A stretch of 64,000 bases of DNA from the NCBI GenBank assembly GCA_030264375.1, contig JASCQW010000001.1, positions 91,411,853 through 91,475,852 on the forward strand, written 5' to 3'. This document shows, piece by piece, positions 12,382 through 24,082 of the stretch; position 1 is the stretch's first letter, and every line of letters starts with the position of its first letter. The notes under the pieces are model-generated. The model made no database searches, was not told where the DNA came from, and saw nothing but the letters and a program-made list of their open reading frames with translations. This stretch comes from Carcharhinus longimanus. Taxonomy: Eukaryota. The translations under genes were made by a program, and so were the position numbers.

Positions 12382-13784
12382 GTGAGGCAACACAATAGGA
12401 TAGAATCTTTTACTGAAAGCTATTAAATCAAATTTTATTAAGTACATTTCTCACTTGATATCCCAATAAGATTAATATTTCATTGAGATTTTCAGGTAGA
12501 TGCTTATCCAGATAAATGTACTCATTAAAAAAATTAGCTTCCTCGTTAAAATCAGAGTTAATCAGTGTTAACTTTGGGTGGGTGCTCTATAATTGCCTGA
12601 ATGTCTAAATTATTTGTCTAAAATTATTAATAATTAAATGCTATTCTCCGCATTGAAACATAGCTCATTGTGATCAATGGTATCTAGGGTAAAGTGTTGC
12701 TGTGGTACCAAATGACCAAGTTACAGGAAGCAGTATTTGATCCTCAGCATTTAATTGATTGAAAAGCATAATGGACAATGATATATTTTCCTTGGCCATC
12801 CAAAAGTACTTAGTGATTTCCTGATTTGTCTTTGATTCTGATTCATCAACTATACTTCTGATAGTTTCTCAGTTTCTTGATGCCATAATACTTTGCGTCT
12901 CCAAGTTCTCTAACTTCACAATCAGTACATGTATGCACCTAGTTCTCCATTTTGCACTATGAGATGCGTCTTAAGTCTCCCGTCTCCACTTTTATAAAAT
13001 AATTATCTCAAGGAAAAGAGATTTGTCAATCTATTAGGAGGCATGTATATAGCAGCTTCCCCCATGGTTGATAACAGGTTTTTCTCACTGCTTAGGAGAT
13101 CAGGTGATGAGCTTTAGCTAATTGTGGGAGTCAATAGAAGTGACCAGGAGGACACATTTTGGGAGAGATACAACTGAAGGACAGGGAAAATTGTCCATTG
13201 AGCAAGTTCTCTACATGCCAGCAAGCAGCAGCTAGATACTCTACACAGGCAGTAGTTAGCGTCGATTTCTGGTAAAAAGTATGTTTAGTCATGCAAATTG
13301 GGTCTCTCTGGTGAGTCAAAGGCATTTAGACAGTCTGAACCCCTGTCCAAGTAAATATAAATCAGTAGCAGAAAACAATTCATAGCAGGCCCTTACTGGC
13401 ACTTCATTATTAATCTTGTTTCATTAAACTACGGGAAGTTGATATTTTAGAAAGATAGGGGAATAAAGGAAGTGCAACAAGACTTGAAATTACAATGCAT
13501 TGTTGAGACAAAGCAAAGGGAGCTTTGAAATGTGAGTAAAATATGTTGGAAACACTCAGCATGTCGCACAGCATCTATGGAGAGAGAAATGTTGAATTAA
13601 TATTTTGGTTCTTACCCGCCTTTTGTCAGAATCCCCATCGTCTCTGTATGATCTGCTGAAGGTTTCAAGAATTTTCTGTTTTTGTTTCAAAGTTCCTTTT
13701 ATTTTGTCTGTACAATGCACTAAAATTTCAATTGCACACCTCTTATTGCACCCATTTCTGTTTTTAGTTCAGTCTTCCAGCATT

Positions 13785-13966
13785 TTGTGCGGGTTAGGTT
13801 GATTGGCCATGCTAAAATTGCCCTTGGTGTCCTGAGATGTGTAGGTTAGAGGGATTAGTAGGTAAATATATAAGAATATGGGGATAGGGCCTGGATGGGA
13901 TTGTGGTCAGTGCAGACTTGATGGGCCAAATGGCCTCTTTCTGCACTGTAGGGGATCTATGATCTA
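13785..13966 (+). mobile_element. HE1-like SINE 3' half
   Basis: ggttaggttgattggccatgctaaa...gatgggccaaatggcctc...gcactgtagggg matches the copy at 3303. Confidence 0.75.
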
Positions 13967-14689
13967 TTTATTTTGCTTTTTGTAAAGGGAGCTTTGCTAG
14001 GCATTCGATTTTCCTGATGCCCAATGTGGAAACTGGGTCCCAAAGATGAAAAATCATGGATTCTTTAGCACTTATATCCCTTGTTTTGATGAGTACAAAA
14101 ACTCATCAAAACATAAGGATTGGTTCAAGCACGTGTCACACAGCAAAGTTGCTGTATTACTTCAGGTCATCAGTGATCCTGCTGCTTTGTAAGTTGTTGA
14201 CTGATTTCTGCTGGTTCAGCACTTTAACTTAAATTATGGGAAGGTGTTAGAAAGATTAATTGAAGTTCTTTTTTCCAGGTTATTTTCTGTGCGGTGTAAC
14301 TGACCTACTTCTGTAGTGTTTGATCAATACTGTAAATTTCACAGTGACAATGTGATTAAATGTGTTTTGCTGTGATGGGAAAATTACAGTTTTAGTGCAT
14401 TACATGTAAACCCTAGATAGAAGGTGTTAAAACAACTCTTAGTATTTGATTTACATTCACGGGTATCTATAGTACAGTGATTCTGTTTGTTGGTGTTTCA
14501 ACATATTGTCATTATCCTGTGGAAGGGTAGAATGCAACTTCATGTCTGCAGTTTTCTGCTCTGTGAAAAACCAATAGCTGGATGGTGCCAGCAATCCTGA
14601 ATAGGGTGGGACGTCAGCTATGATCATATAGAATTGCAGAGCATGTTCAAGGAACCTATGCCTGTTCCTATTTGTTATATTCTCATTTT

Positions 14690-14940
14690 CTTGTACTCGT
14701 TAGAGTTTAGAAGAATGAGGGGAGATCTCATTGAGACGTATAAGATGATGAATGGGATGGATAGGNNNNNNNNNNNNNNNNNNNNNNNNNNNNNNNNNNN
14801 NNNNNNNNNNNNNNNNNNNNNNNNNNNNNNNNNNNNNNNNNNNNNNNNNNNNNNNNNNNNNNNNNGGGGCAGGCTCGAAGGGCCAGATGGCCTACTCCTG
14901 CTCCTATTTCTTATGTTCTTATGTTCTTATGTTCTTATGT
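14690..14940 (+). mobile_element. Young CR1 3' end spanning a gap
   Basis: LYSLEFRRMRGDLIETYK, then N-gap, then ggggcaggctcgaagggccagatggcctactcctgctcctatt(tcttatgt)n. Confidence 0.9.
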
Positions 14941-16062
14941 ACAAGACCATCCCAATGGTTCTTAGGATCTGAAATTCCTAAAACTGCTTTAGCATCAATA
15001 GAAATCTCCAACCATAGTTTGGCCTAAACCTCACATTGCAAATTCAAAGGTTGGGATGATTTACTTAAAGTGGACTGGTACTTGTTACATTTACAGCCTG
15101 GGCAGGACAGGAACAGGATTTGAAGAGTGGTTCCATGACTTTTTGCTGAAGAGTAGGCAGGTATTTCTGCCTGAAGATTACAGGAATGGTGAAGAAAAAT
15201 TTTCATTTTCAGATTGCTGTTACAAACCAGTAAATGGAACACACTTGGAAGAAGATGTGGGAGGGGTGGATTGAGTTGGGGAAATGATTCAATGGGCCAA
15301 TGCAACAGCCAGGCCTAAGTGGTGTCTTATTTTAGAAGAAGTTTGAGCTTGTTCCCACCTTCCTCCCTTTACAAGGGGGTGAAGGGAGCTGTGAATAGGA
15401 GCTGGGAAAGGGTGAGATTGACATCGCCACGCCACTCCTCCAACTAGTTGGTGGGTACCAGAATTTGAAGCAGCACGGAATAAGTAAGCCCAAAGGATGT
15501 TTGTCTGTATGCATGGGAACCTATCAATTGTTTGCAAGTAAAATTCCTTCCCACTATTCCTGCACATTTTGGTAGAGTTAGTGTGGAGGGCACCAGCCAG
15601 TTGCATTCACAAGGTGACTGCTGGGATTTTAGCTTGTGAAATTTCCCCATAGTCCTTTGAAGGACTATGGAGAAAGCACAACCCTTTGCTTAATGTTCAA
15701 GCAAAAATCACATTGCAAAAACTGCTGTATGTTTCAAAGGTTAACACCAGGAATTTCCTCAAGGCATCTTACGCTCCACTGCTGTAACTTTACTACATTT
15801 TTAGTTTATGCATGCAAACAAGGATGCCATTGAATTTATGTCAACTGAGTGGGAGAATCCCCAAGAAAGTTCATTCCCACTGTGACTATCTGAGTCCAGC
15901 TATGAAACACAATTATCTGAGATTCAGTGAGAACCTTTTAGAATGGGAACATCTATTAATGTTAAATAAACACATTTCTAAAAAAAGAGCACATTTTGAC
16001 ATAAAACACTACATGCAGAGTTTTATCTGTTAACATTTTTCATTTGCTTTCAATGTCTTCAG

Positions 16063-16183
16063 GTATGACAGCTATGAGGAGTATGAAAATGAAAGGCTTA
16101 AGAGGGAGGAATATCGAAGAGACTATGAGAAACGTGAATTTGAAAGAGCAAAACAAAGAGAACGTCAAAGGCAGAAGGCAATT
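16063..16183 (+). CDS. PPARGC1A: PGC-1alpha exon 10 equivalent (121 bp)
   Basis: cttcag|G acceptor and ATT|gtaagc donor; YDSYEEYENERLKREEYRRDYEKREFERAKQRERQRQKAI. Confidence 0.97.
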
Positions 16184-16280
16184 GTAAGCATTGTAGCAGC
16201 TTTTATTCTAATTTAGATCTGTTGTAAATGCAAGGAACATGACTTTTTGACTTCTCAAGATATTTTTAAAATCTTTCCAG

Positions 16281-16402
16281 GAGGAACGGCGTGTTATTTA
16301 TGTGGGAAAAGTTAAGGGCGACATAACCCGTACCGAACTGAAGAGACGCTTTGAAGTTTTTGGTGAAATCGAAGAATGCACTGTCCACTTGCGCGAAGAT
16401 GG
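16281..16402 (+). CDS. PPARGC1A: PGC-1alpha exon 11 equivalent, N-terminal half of the RRM (122 bp)
   Basis: ttccag|GAG acceptor and GG|gtaaag donor; EERRVIYVGKVKGDITRTELKRRFEVFGEIEECTVHLRED(G), containing RNP2 IYVGKV. Confidence 0.97.
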
Positions 16403-17494
16403 GTAAAGTTACAAATGGTTACATTTTATATAGTAAATGTGCTTCTGATTAATAAAAATATGATTTTCGTATCATAGCTTTTAGAAATATTGTGGAACCT
16501 CAGATATGGAACAAAATTGAACTGGAAAGGTGTCCATATTTTAGAGTGCAAGTGTGATTAATATTGACTAATGAGTGACTAACTGGCAAAGCATGCCTTC
16601 CTGTCATCTGTGCCAATGGTCTCATTTACATCAAGATGCTGAGATGTGTGACACCAAACTTTACTGGGCCTCCCAGTAAAGTTTAAAGGCTAACCAATAT
16701 TGAGGTATCTTGGTTGCCTTCAAGGTAAGTGCTACAACTGTGGACAGAGAGGTATTCATGACTGTGACTGAGATAATTTTGTGTGGCCAGGCGAACCACT
16801 CTTCCTCCTGTAGGCAACACCAAAATAATATTAACCATGTGTCAACTGGACCTCTTTTGCTTCATCATTAGTGGAAATGGTCAGGATGTTCACTGTGCAT
16901 ATGCCACCTATTTCCAATGTAGAACGCAAATTGGGGTTCTAGGACACCAATTTGCACTTGGAAGTAGATCTACCGACTAAAGTAGGCATATGTTTTAGGC
17001 ATCCAGTAGTGGTTCTCATTAAAAAATAGTGACAGTTGCATTATCATCGATAATAAGGTTATCAAATTGCCGACCACATTTAGTGGTTATTACTGACTTC
17101 TTATTGCCAGACAAATAAGTTATAATTGATGCCAGAATATGTAGATTAAAAAACTGGCTATTCAGTTTATCCTATGTCCCATGTCACTATTCAGAATAGA
17201 GGAGAGAGTTCTCTCAGTGTCCTGTTGCAAACCCCTCCCTCAATTATTTTGACTGAAAACAGAGAAACAGATAATTTATTTAATTGATGTTTGTGGGATC
17301 TTTCTATTTGAAAAGTTGTTTCCACAGACAGGGTTTTACAAGTGGCTGGATTACCTGCCCTACTGGTGAAACTCACCCCCACTCTAGCGAGCTGCTATTT
17401 AATGCTCTGAGAGAAGGGTCATCTGACCCTATCTGGAGAGGAAGTTCCACTTCTTATTGGTTAGCAGTTCTCTGGTTCCAACAGTACCACCAGA

Positions 17495-17580
17495 AATAAG
17501 AACATAAGAACATAAAAACATAAGAACATAAGAAATAGGAGCAGGAGTAGGCCATCTGGCCCTTCGAGCCTGCCCCGCCA
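17495..17580 (-). mobile_element. Young CR1 3' tail abutting a gap
   Basis: (ataagaac)n + aaataggagcaggagtaggccatctggcccttcgagcctgcccc, the reverse complement of the tail at 14866. Confidence 0.9.
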
Positions 17581-17789
17581 NNNNNNNNNNNNNNNNNNNN
17601 NNNNNNNNNNNNNNNNNNNNNNNNNNNNNNNNNNNNNNNNNNNNNNNNNNNNNNNNNNNNNNNNNNNNNNNNNNNNNNNNACAAAGGACGCTGTCCAGGC
17701 CCAATGAAGAACAGCCAGTACCTGGGTGTAAGGTAAGTTGGAATGGTTCTCGGTGGGATTGGGACAGAAGGCTTTATGTAGAAAGCCTT

Positions 17790-18219
17790 GAAAGAATATG
17801 AAAAAAGACTGGATTGACTGGACTTATACTCACTGGACTTTAGAAGAATGAGAGGGGATCTCACCAAAATATAAAATCTTGTTGGGACTGGACAGGCTAG
17901 ATGTGGGAAGAATGTTCCTGATGTTCAAGAAGAACAGAACTAGGGCTCACAGTCTAAGAATAAGAGGTAAACTATTCAGGAGATGAGGAAGAACTTCTTC
18001 ACTCAGAGTTGTGAACCTGTGGAATTCTCTACCACAGAAAGCTGTTTGGGCCAATTCGCTTGATAGGCTCAATATGGCCCTTGCGGTTAAAGGGATCAAG
18101 GGATATGGAGAGAAAGTGGGAGTGGGATACTGAAAGTGCATGATCAGCTATGATATATTGAATGGTGGTGAAAGCTTGAAGCATCGATTGACCTACTCCT
18201 GCACCTATTTTCTATGTTC
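17790..18219 (+). mobile_element. CR1 3' fragment
   Basis: LDLYSLDFRRMRGDL; actagggctcacagtctaagaataag; ttcactcagagttgtgaacctgtggaattctct; CR1-type tail. Confidence 0.85.
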
Positions 18220-19989
18220 NNNNNNNNNNNNNNNNNNNNNNNNNNNNNNNNNNNNNNNNNNNNNNNNNNNNNNNNNNNNNNNNNNNNNNNNNNNNNNNNN
18301 NNNNNNNNNNNNNNNNNNNCGGTTGGGGATGATGGAGAGAGGGAGTGATAAAATGAGGGGTGGGCTGGGGTGCATAGGGAACATCTGTGTGAGGGATGGT
18401 ACACCTTGGGGGATGCCATCTAATTAGAAAAGGGGGCCCACGAAGCAGGTAATATCTCCTTTCCTTCACAATGCCCGAGCAGACTGCTGAACTTCCCATC
18501 CATCACTGACCTCCTCCCACCAGCTGAAAATTGCAGCTAGGTGAAAAGCAGTCTGAATTTGCATGAGAGCTGGCCTGAGGCCTCAACTGCCAGCAATTAA
18601 ATCATGGCCAAGTCTAAGAAAATAGACAGCAGGGAAGGCTTCAACTGAATTTTACACAGATCCCCACCTGAAAATCTGTATGCAAGAAAGGGTAAAATTT
18701 TGCCCCATGTTTGCCTTTTCAAAGCATTTTAAAGTGATTCATTATATGTGAATCACTTTAAGATGTTTCTATATTGAAGTAAGACTTTTTTTAATGTCTG
18801 ACAGATGGAAGCCCGCTGGATTATATTATGTATCAAATATATAATTTGCAATGTTAACTGCAACAAGTGACATACATTATTNNNNNNNNNNNNNNNNNNN
18901 NNNNNNNNNNNNNNNNNNNNNNNNNNNNNNNNNNNNNNNNNNNNNNNNNNNNNNNNNNNNNNNNNNNNNNNNNNNNNNNNNNNNNNNNNNNNNNNNNNNN
19001 NNNNNNNNNNNNNNNNNNNNNNNNNNNNNNNNNNNNNNNNNNNNNNNNNNNNNNNNNNNNNNNNNNNNNNNNNNNNNNNNNNNNNNNNNNNNNNNNNNNN
19101 NNNNNNNNNNNNNNNNNNNNNNNNNNNNNNNNNNNNNNNNNNNNNNNNNNNNNNNNNNNNNNNNNNNNNNNNNNTCAGCCATGATCTTATTGAATGGCAG
19201 AGCAGGCTCGAAGGGCCAGATGGCCTACTCCTGCTCTTATGTCTTATGTTCTTATGTTCTTATCATGAGTAATTGTTTCGAGAAGCTGCCCCTCACCAAA
19301 GTTAAACTGACTGGTCTGTACTTGCTAGGCTTATCCTTACAGCCATTTTTGAACAATGGCATCATATTTGCCATCATATATGAGTGTGGCACCTCTGGCA
19401 CTTCCCCTATATCGAGGAAGACTGACAGATTATGGCCAGTGCCCCTGTAATTTCCACACTCACTTTCTTCAATATCCTTAGATGCACCTCATCTGGTCCT
19501 GATACCTTGTCAACTTTAAGTATGGACAAGCTAATTCAATACCACCTTCTTACCAACTTTGAACCCATCTAGTGACATAGTTTCCTCCAATGTCAGCCTG
19601 GCCTGGATAGCATCTGCATCCTAAGTAATGACAAATGCAGAGTGTTCATTTAACATTTTAACCATGTGCCAAGACGCCAAACCTGGAATTCTCCAGCCTT
19701 TCACGCCCTGCCACTGCTGCCAGCAAGAGTGGAGAATTTGGTACTCAGTCAAATCTCCATTCACTGCCACTTGAGTGGAGAATCCTGGTTACGGGTAGGG
19801 TCAGAGGATTCAGCCTCATGTCTTTGCGCATCTTTTAGGCCCCTAATTGGCTCTACTCCTTTTACCACTATTTTACTATGTATATGTCTATCGTAAACTT
19901 TGATGTTTCCCTTGAATTTGGCTGTACTTTGATTTAGTTATTCATAAATTGCAGTTTGATTTAGTTATTCATAAATGTATGTTCGGCCA

Positions 19990-21262
19990 AGACCATAAAT
20001 CTTACATCACAATTATTATGTTGCAAAAGAAGAACATACGGGCCATCGTCTCTGCACTGGCTCTCCAAATGAGCACCATTTGCACCATTCTCCTGCCTTT
20101 TCCCTGTAATCCTGTTAATTGTTTCTATTCAAATATTCATCTAATGCCCTCTAGAATGCCTCAGTTGAACCTGCCTCTACCACACTTCCAGGCAGTGCAT
20201 TCCAGACCTGAACTACTCAATGTGTGAAAAGGTTTTTTCTTGTGTCGTATTTGCTTCTTTTGCAAATCACCTTAAATCTGTGCCCTCTCATTCTTGATCC
20301 TTTTACGAGTGGGAACAATTTCTCCCTACGTACTTTGTTTAGCACCCTCATGATTTTGAACAACTCTACCATGTCTCCTCTTAGCCTTCTCCTCTCCAAG
20401 GAGAACAGTCCGAACTTCTTAAATCTATCTTCATAACTGAAGTTTCTCTTCCCTAGAACCATTCTTCTAAACCTCTCCTGCTCTCTGTCCAATGCATCTC
20501 CATCTTTCTTGAAGTGTGGAGCCCAGAACTGAACACAATGCTCCAGCTGATGTCTAACTATTATTTTATACAAGTTCAGCATAACTTCTCAGATTTTGTA
20601 CTCTATGTCATTATTATTAAAGCTCGGCATACTATGTGCTTTATTAACTGCTATCTCCACTTGTTTGCCACGTTTAATGACCTGTGCACATATACACCTA
20701 TATCCCTCTGCTGCTGCACACGCATTTATAGTTGTATCTCTTATTTTATATTGTCTCCCCATATTCTTCCTATCAAAAGGAATTACCTCTCGCTCCTCCG
20801 TATTGAACTTCAACTTCCACCTAGCTGCCGATCCTACCAATTTGTCTACATCTGTTTGAAATTCTACACTGTCCTCCTCACAGTTTATAATGCTTCCATG
20901 TTTTGTATCATCCGCAAACTTTGAAATTGTCCCCTGCACACCAAAATCTAGATCATTAATATGTATCAGAATTAGTTGCACTACAATCCTTCCTCCAGCC
21001 CAAAGAATACCTATTAACTATTACTTGCTGTTTCCTATTACTCAATCAATTCTGTATCCATATTCCGACTGTCCTTTTTATTCCATGAGATATAACTTTT
21101 CTCATAGGTCTGTGGTGTGGCACTATATTGAATACTTATTGGAAGTCCATCTTGCCACATCAACAGCATTTCCTTCATCAGCCCTCTCTGCTACCTCCTT
21201 AAAAACACCAGCAAGTTAGTCAAATATGATTTTCCTGTAAGAAATCCATGCTGGCTGTTCAT
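19990..21262 (-). mobile_element. CR1 ORF2 RT to 3' end (degenerate)
   Basis: ORFs 20589-20981(-) INDLDFGVQGTISKFADDTK and 20217-20582(-) VRHQLEHCVQFWAP...GLFSLERRRLRGDM. Confidence 0.9.
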
Positions 21263-21284
21263 ATCAACCATGTGAATTCTATCA

Positions 21285-22183
21285 GTCGTGTCTGACAAAT
21301 TTACTGGAGTTCTATGAGGATGTGTCTAGGGTGGTGGATAGAGGAGAGCCGGTGGATGTGNNNNNNNNNNNNNNNNNNNNNNNNNNNNNNNNNNNNNNNN
21401 NNNNNNNNNNNNNNNNNNNNNNNNNNNNNNNNNNNNNNNNNNNNNNNNNNNNNNNNNNNNNNNNNNNNNNNNNNNNNNNNNNNNNNNNNNNNNNNNNNNN
21501 NNNNNNNNNNNNNNNNNNNNNNNNNNNNNNNNNNNNNNNNNNNNNNNNNNNNNNNNNNNNNNNNNNNNNNNNNNNNNNNNNNNNNNNNNNNNNNNNNNNN
21601 NNNNNNNNNNNNNNNNNNNNNNNNNNNNNNNNNNNNNNNNNNNNNNNNNNNNNNNNNNNNNNNNNNNNNNNNNNNNNNNNNNNNNNNNNNNNNNNNNNNN
21701 NNNNNNNNNNNNNNNNNNNNNNNNNNNNNNNNNNNNNNNNNNNNNNNNNNNNNNNNNNNNNNNNNNNNNNNNNNNNNNNNNNNNNNNNNNNNNNNNNNNN
21801 NNNNNNNNNNNNNNNNNNNNNNNNNNNNNNNNNNNNNNNNNNNNNNNNNNNNNNNNNNNNNNNNNNNNNNNNNNNNNNNNNNNNNNNNNNNNNNNNNNNN
21901 NNNNNNNNNNNNNNNNNNNNNNNNNNNNNNNNNNNNNNNNNNNNNNNNNNNNNNNNNNNNNNNNNNNNNNNNNNNNNNNNNNNNNNNNNNNNNNNNNNNN
22001 NNNNNNNNNNNNNNNNNNNNNNNNNNNNNNNNNNNNNNNNNNNNNNNNNNNNNNNNNNNNNNNNNNNNNNNNNNNNNNNNNNNNNNNNNNNNNNNNNNNN
22101 NNNNNNNNNNNGCGGGGCAGGCTCGAAGGGCCAGATGGCCTACTCCTGCTCCTATTTCTTATGTTCTTATGTTCTTATGTTCT
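21285..22183 (+). mobile_element. Young CR1 spanning a 751-N gap
   Basis: SCLTNLLEFYEDVSRVVDRGEPVDV before the gap; canonical 3' tail after it. Confidence 0.9.
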
Positions 22184-23023
22184 AAATCTCCTCTGCAACT
22201 TCTCAATAGCTTCCACATCCTTCTTGTAGTGAGGTGACCAGAACTGCGCACGGTGCTCCAAGTGGGGTCTGACAAGGGTCTTATAACTTGTACTGCTGTA
22301 GAAATTTCTCCTGAACACACTTTAAGAACACTTGTTCCTCCCTGCCCTTTACACTGCCTCTATCCAAGACTATATTCAGGTAATTTGCAATAAAAAATTA
22401 TAATGACTCACTAGAAAGTTCTGTATTCTTGCACTCTAGGCAAAAATTGTTTCATACCTAGGCTAGACATATGTCAAAACTTTACTCATATGTTGAGTGC
22501 ACTGACATGTTAGGAGGCAAAATCTTAGAATGCCATAAAAATCTAATGATAATTTAATGTTACTAGCTATTTGCAGCAGGACTAAATTTTTACTTAGGTG
22601 GCAACGTTTCAGAAAAGCACATTGTGCTTTGCTGTTCGGCAAGAATAATTGTAGTAACATTAGGAAATTGACATTTTTATTTCAGAGATGAAGGATAAGA
22701 ATTCCTTCTATAGCGCTAGGACTAAAAGGAGTGTTCTAAGTAAAGTGAAACTTAAATGGCTAATTAAAGATATTCATAGGGAAATTAATCTCCAAGAAGT
22801 ACTCCATTATGTATAAAAAGTTCATTTGTCAAACAGCTAAGGATAAGTTTGAAAATAAGTTGGCAATAACTAAGGCCAGTATTAGGAATGTGGGTAATTA
22901 TCATGTTGATCACCAGAATTCTACTGAGAGTCAAAGAATAACTAAGAACTATATTGGTCCTTTGAGGATTGTCAGGGTGGCGTATGTTTGAGGATCAAGA
23001 TATGCCAAAAAACAAAATAATTT

Positions 23024-23159
23024 AGGGGCATGATCTTACTGGCCATTCACACCACACTCCTGCTGCAATGAAGTCAGAGAATTTGGCGGCCAAATTTTCA
23101 TTCACTGTGATGGGAAGAGAAATCCCACCAGCGTGAACGATGGTAAGGTTCCAGCCTAG
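23024..23159. mobile_element. Short MITE with imperfect terminal inverted repeats (Harbinger-like)
   Basis: ggggcatgatcttac ... gtaaggttccagcc ends with TA-rich flanks; related fragments near 19680-19790 and 34880-34943. Confidence 0.5.
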
Positions 23160-23649
23160 GACTAAAAGTCAATGCCCCTACTACTGCCACTCTAGCATAG
23201 CAATGCAGGAAATGGGCAAGAAATTGCGACAGGATGCAGAAATGCAGGATTCTGGTTTCTGCGGGGACTTTAGATCGAGAATCACTAAGTCACTGTTTAA
23301 AGTTTCTGATGATCTGTTGGTGCAGAACATCAGTCCCTAGCTCATCCCAAACATGGGTCCTGATATTGTAGGATGTGGGTCCACAGGAATTTTGTTGCCT
23401 GGCCGGGGACACATCAGGCATCCTGTACAAACAGGCCTGAATTTTCAGAAAGGCAGAGAGCCTCTTCATTATCACAAAAACAGTAGAGAAGGCCTAGATC
23501 TGGAAGTCTAGCCCCTGAACATTGTACCTACCATTTTCACAGGGTTGGATGGGGGATGGGGTAGATGGAATGGGGATGAACTCTATGGGCCGAATTTTCT
23601 GCTCACCTCTCCCCCACCTGTTTTCTGGCAGTGCAGGGGAGGCAATGAC

Positions 23650-23905
23650 CTAGTGGGTTTATGGCTGGACTATTAATCCAGAAACTCAGCTAATGTTCTG
23701 GGGACCCAGGTTTGAATCCCACCAGGCAGATGATGGAATTTCAATTCAATAAAAATATCTGGAATTAAGAATTTACTGATGACAATGAAACCATTGTCAC
23801 TTGTCGGAAAAACCCAGTTGGTTCACTCATGTCCTTTAGAGAAGGAAATCTGCTGTCCTTACCTGGTCTGGCCTACATGTGACTCCAGAGCCACAGCAAT
23901 GTGGT
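23650..23905 (+). mobile_element. tRNA-derived SINE with LINE-like body
   Basis: tagtgg...ggactattaatccaga...ggtttgaatcccacc head; reverse-orientation copy at about 43500-43790. Confidence 0.65.
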
Positions 23906-24005
23906 NNNNNNNNNNNNNNNNNNNNNNNNNNNNNNNNNNNNNNNNNNNNNNNNNNNNNNNNNNNNNNNNNNNNNNNNNNNNNNNNNNNNNNNNNNNNNNN
24001 NNNNN

Positions 24006-24082
24006 AACAGCATTCCGAAAGCTTGTGGGTTTACTATCAAATAAACTTGTTGGACTTTAACCTGGTGTTGTGAGACTTCTTA
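24006..24082 (+). mobile_element. Penelope-like terminal repeat fragment (hammerhead 3' half; 5' half lost in the gap)
   Basis: ccgaaagcttgtg...aaataaacttgttggactttaacctggtgttgtgagacttctta, same family as 7903-8437. Confidence 0.7.

Noticed and set aside
19928-19976. 22-bp direct duplication
   Set aside because: Small local duplication at a repeat junction with no sign of function
18851-22237. Long ORFs rich in X
   Set aside because: Artefacts of translating through N-gaps; the same applies at 38947 and 51769
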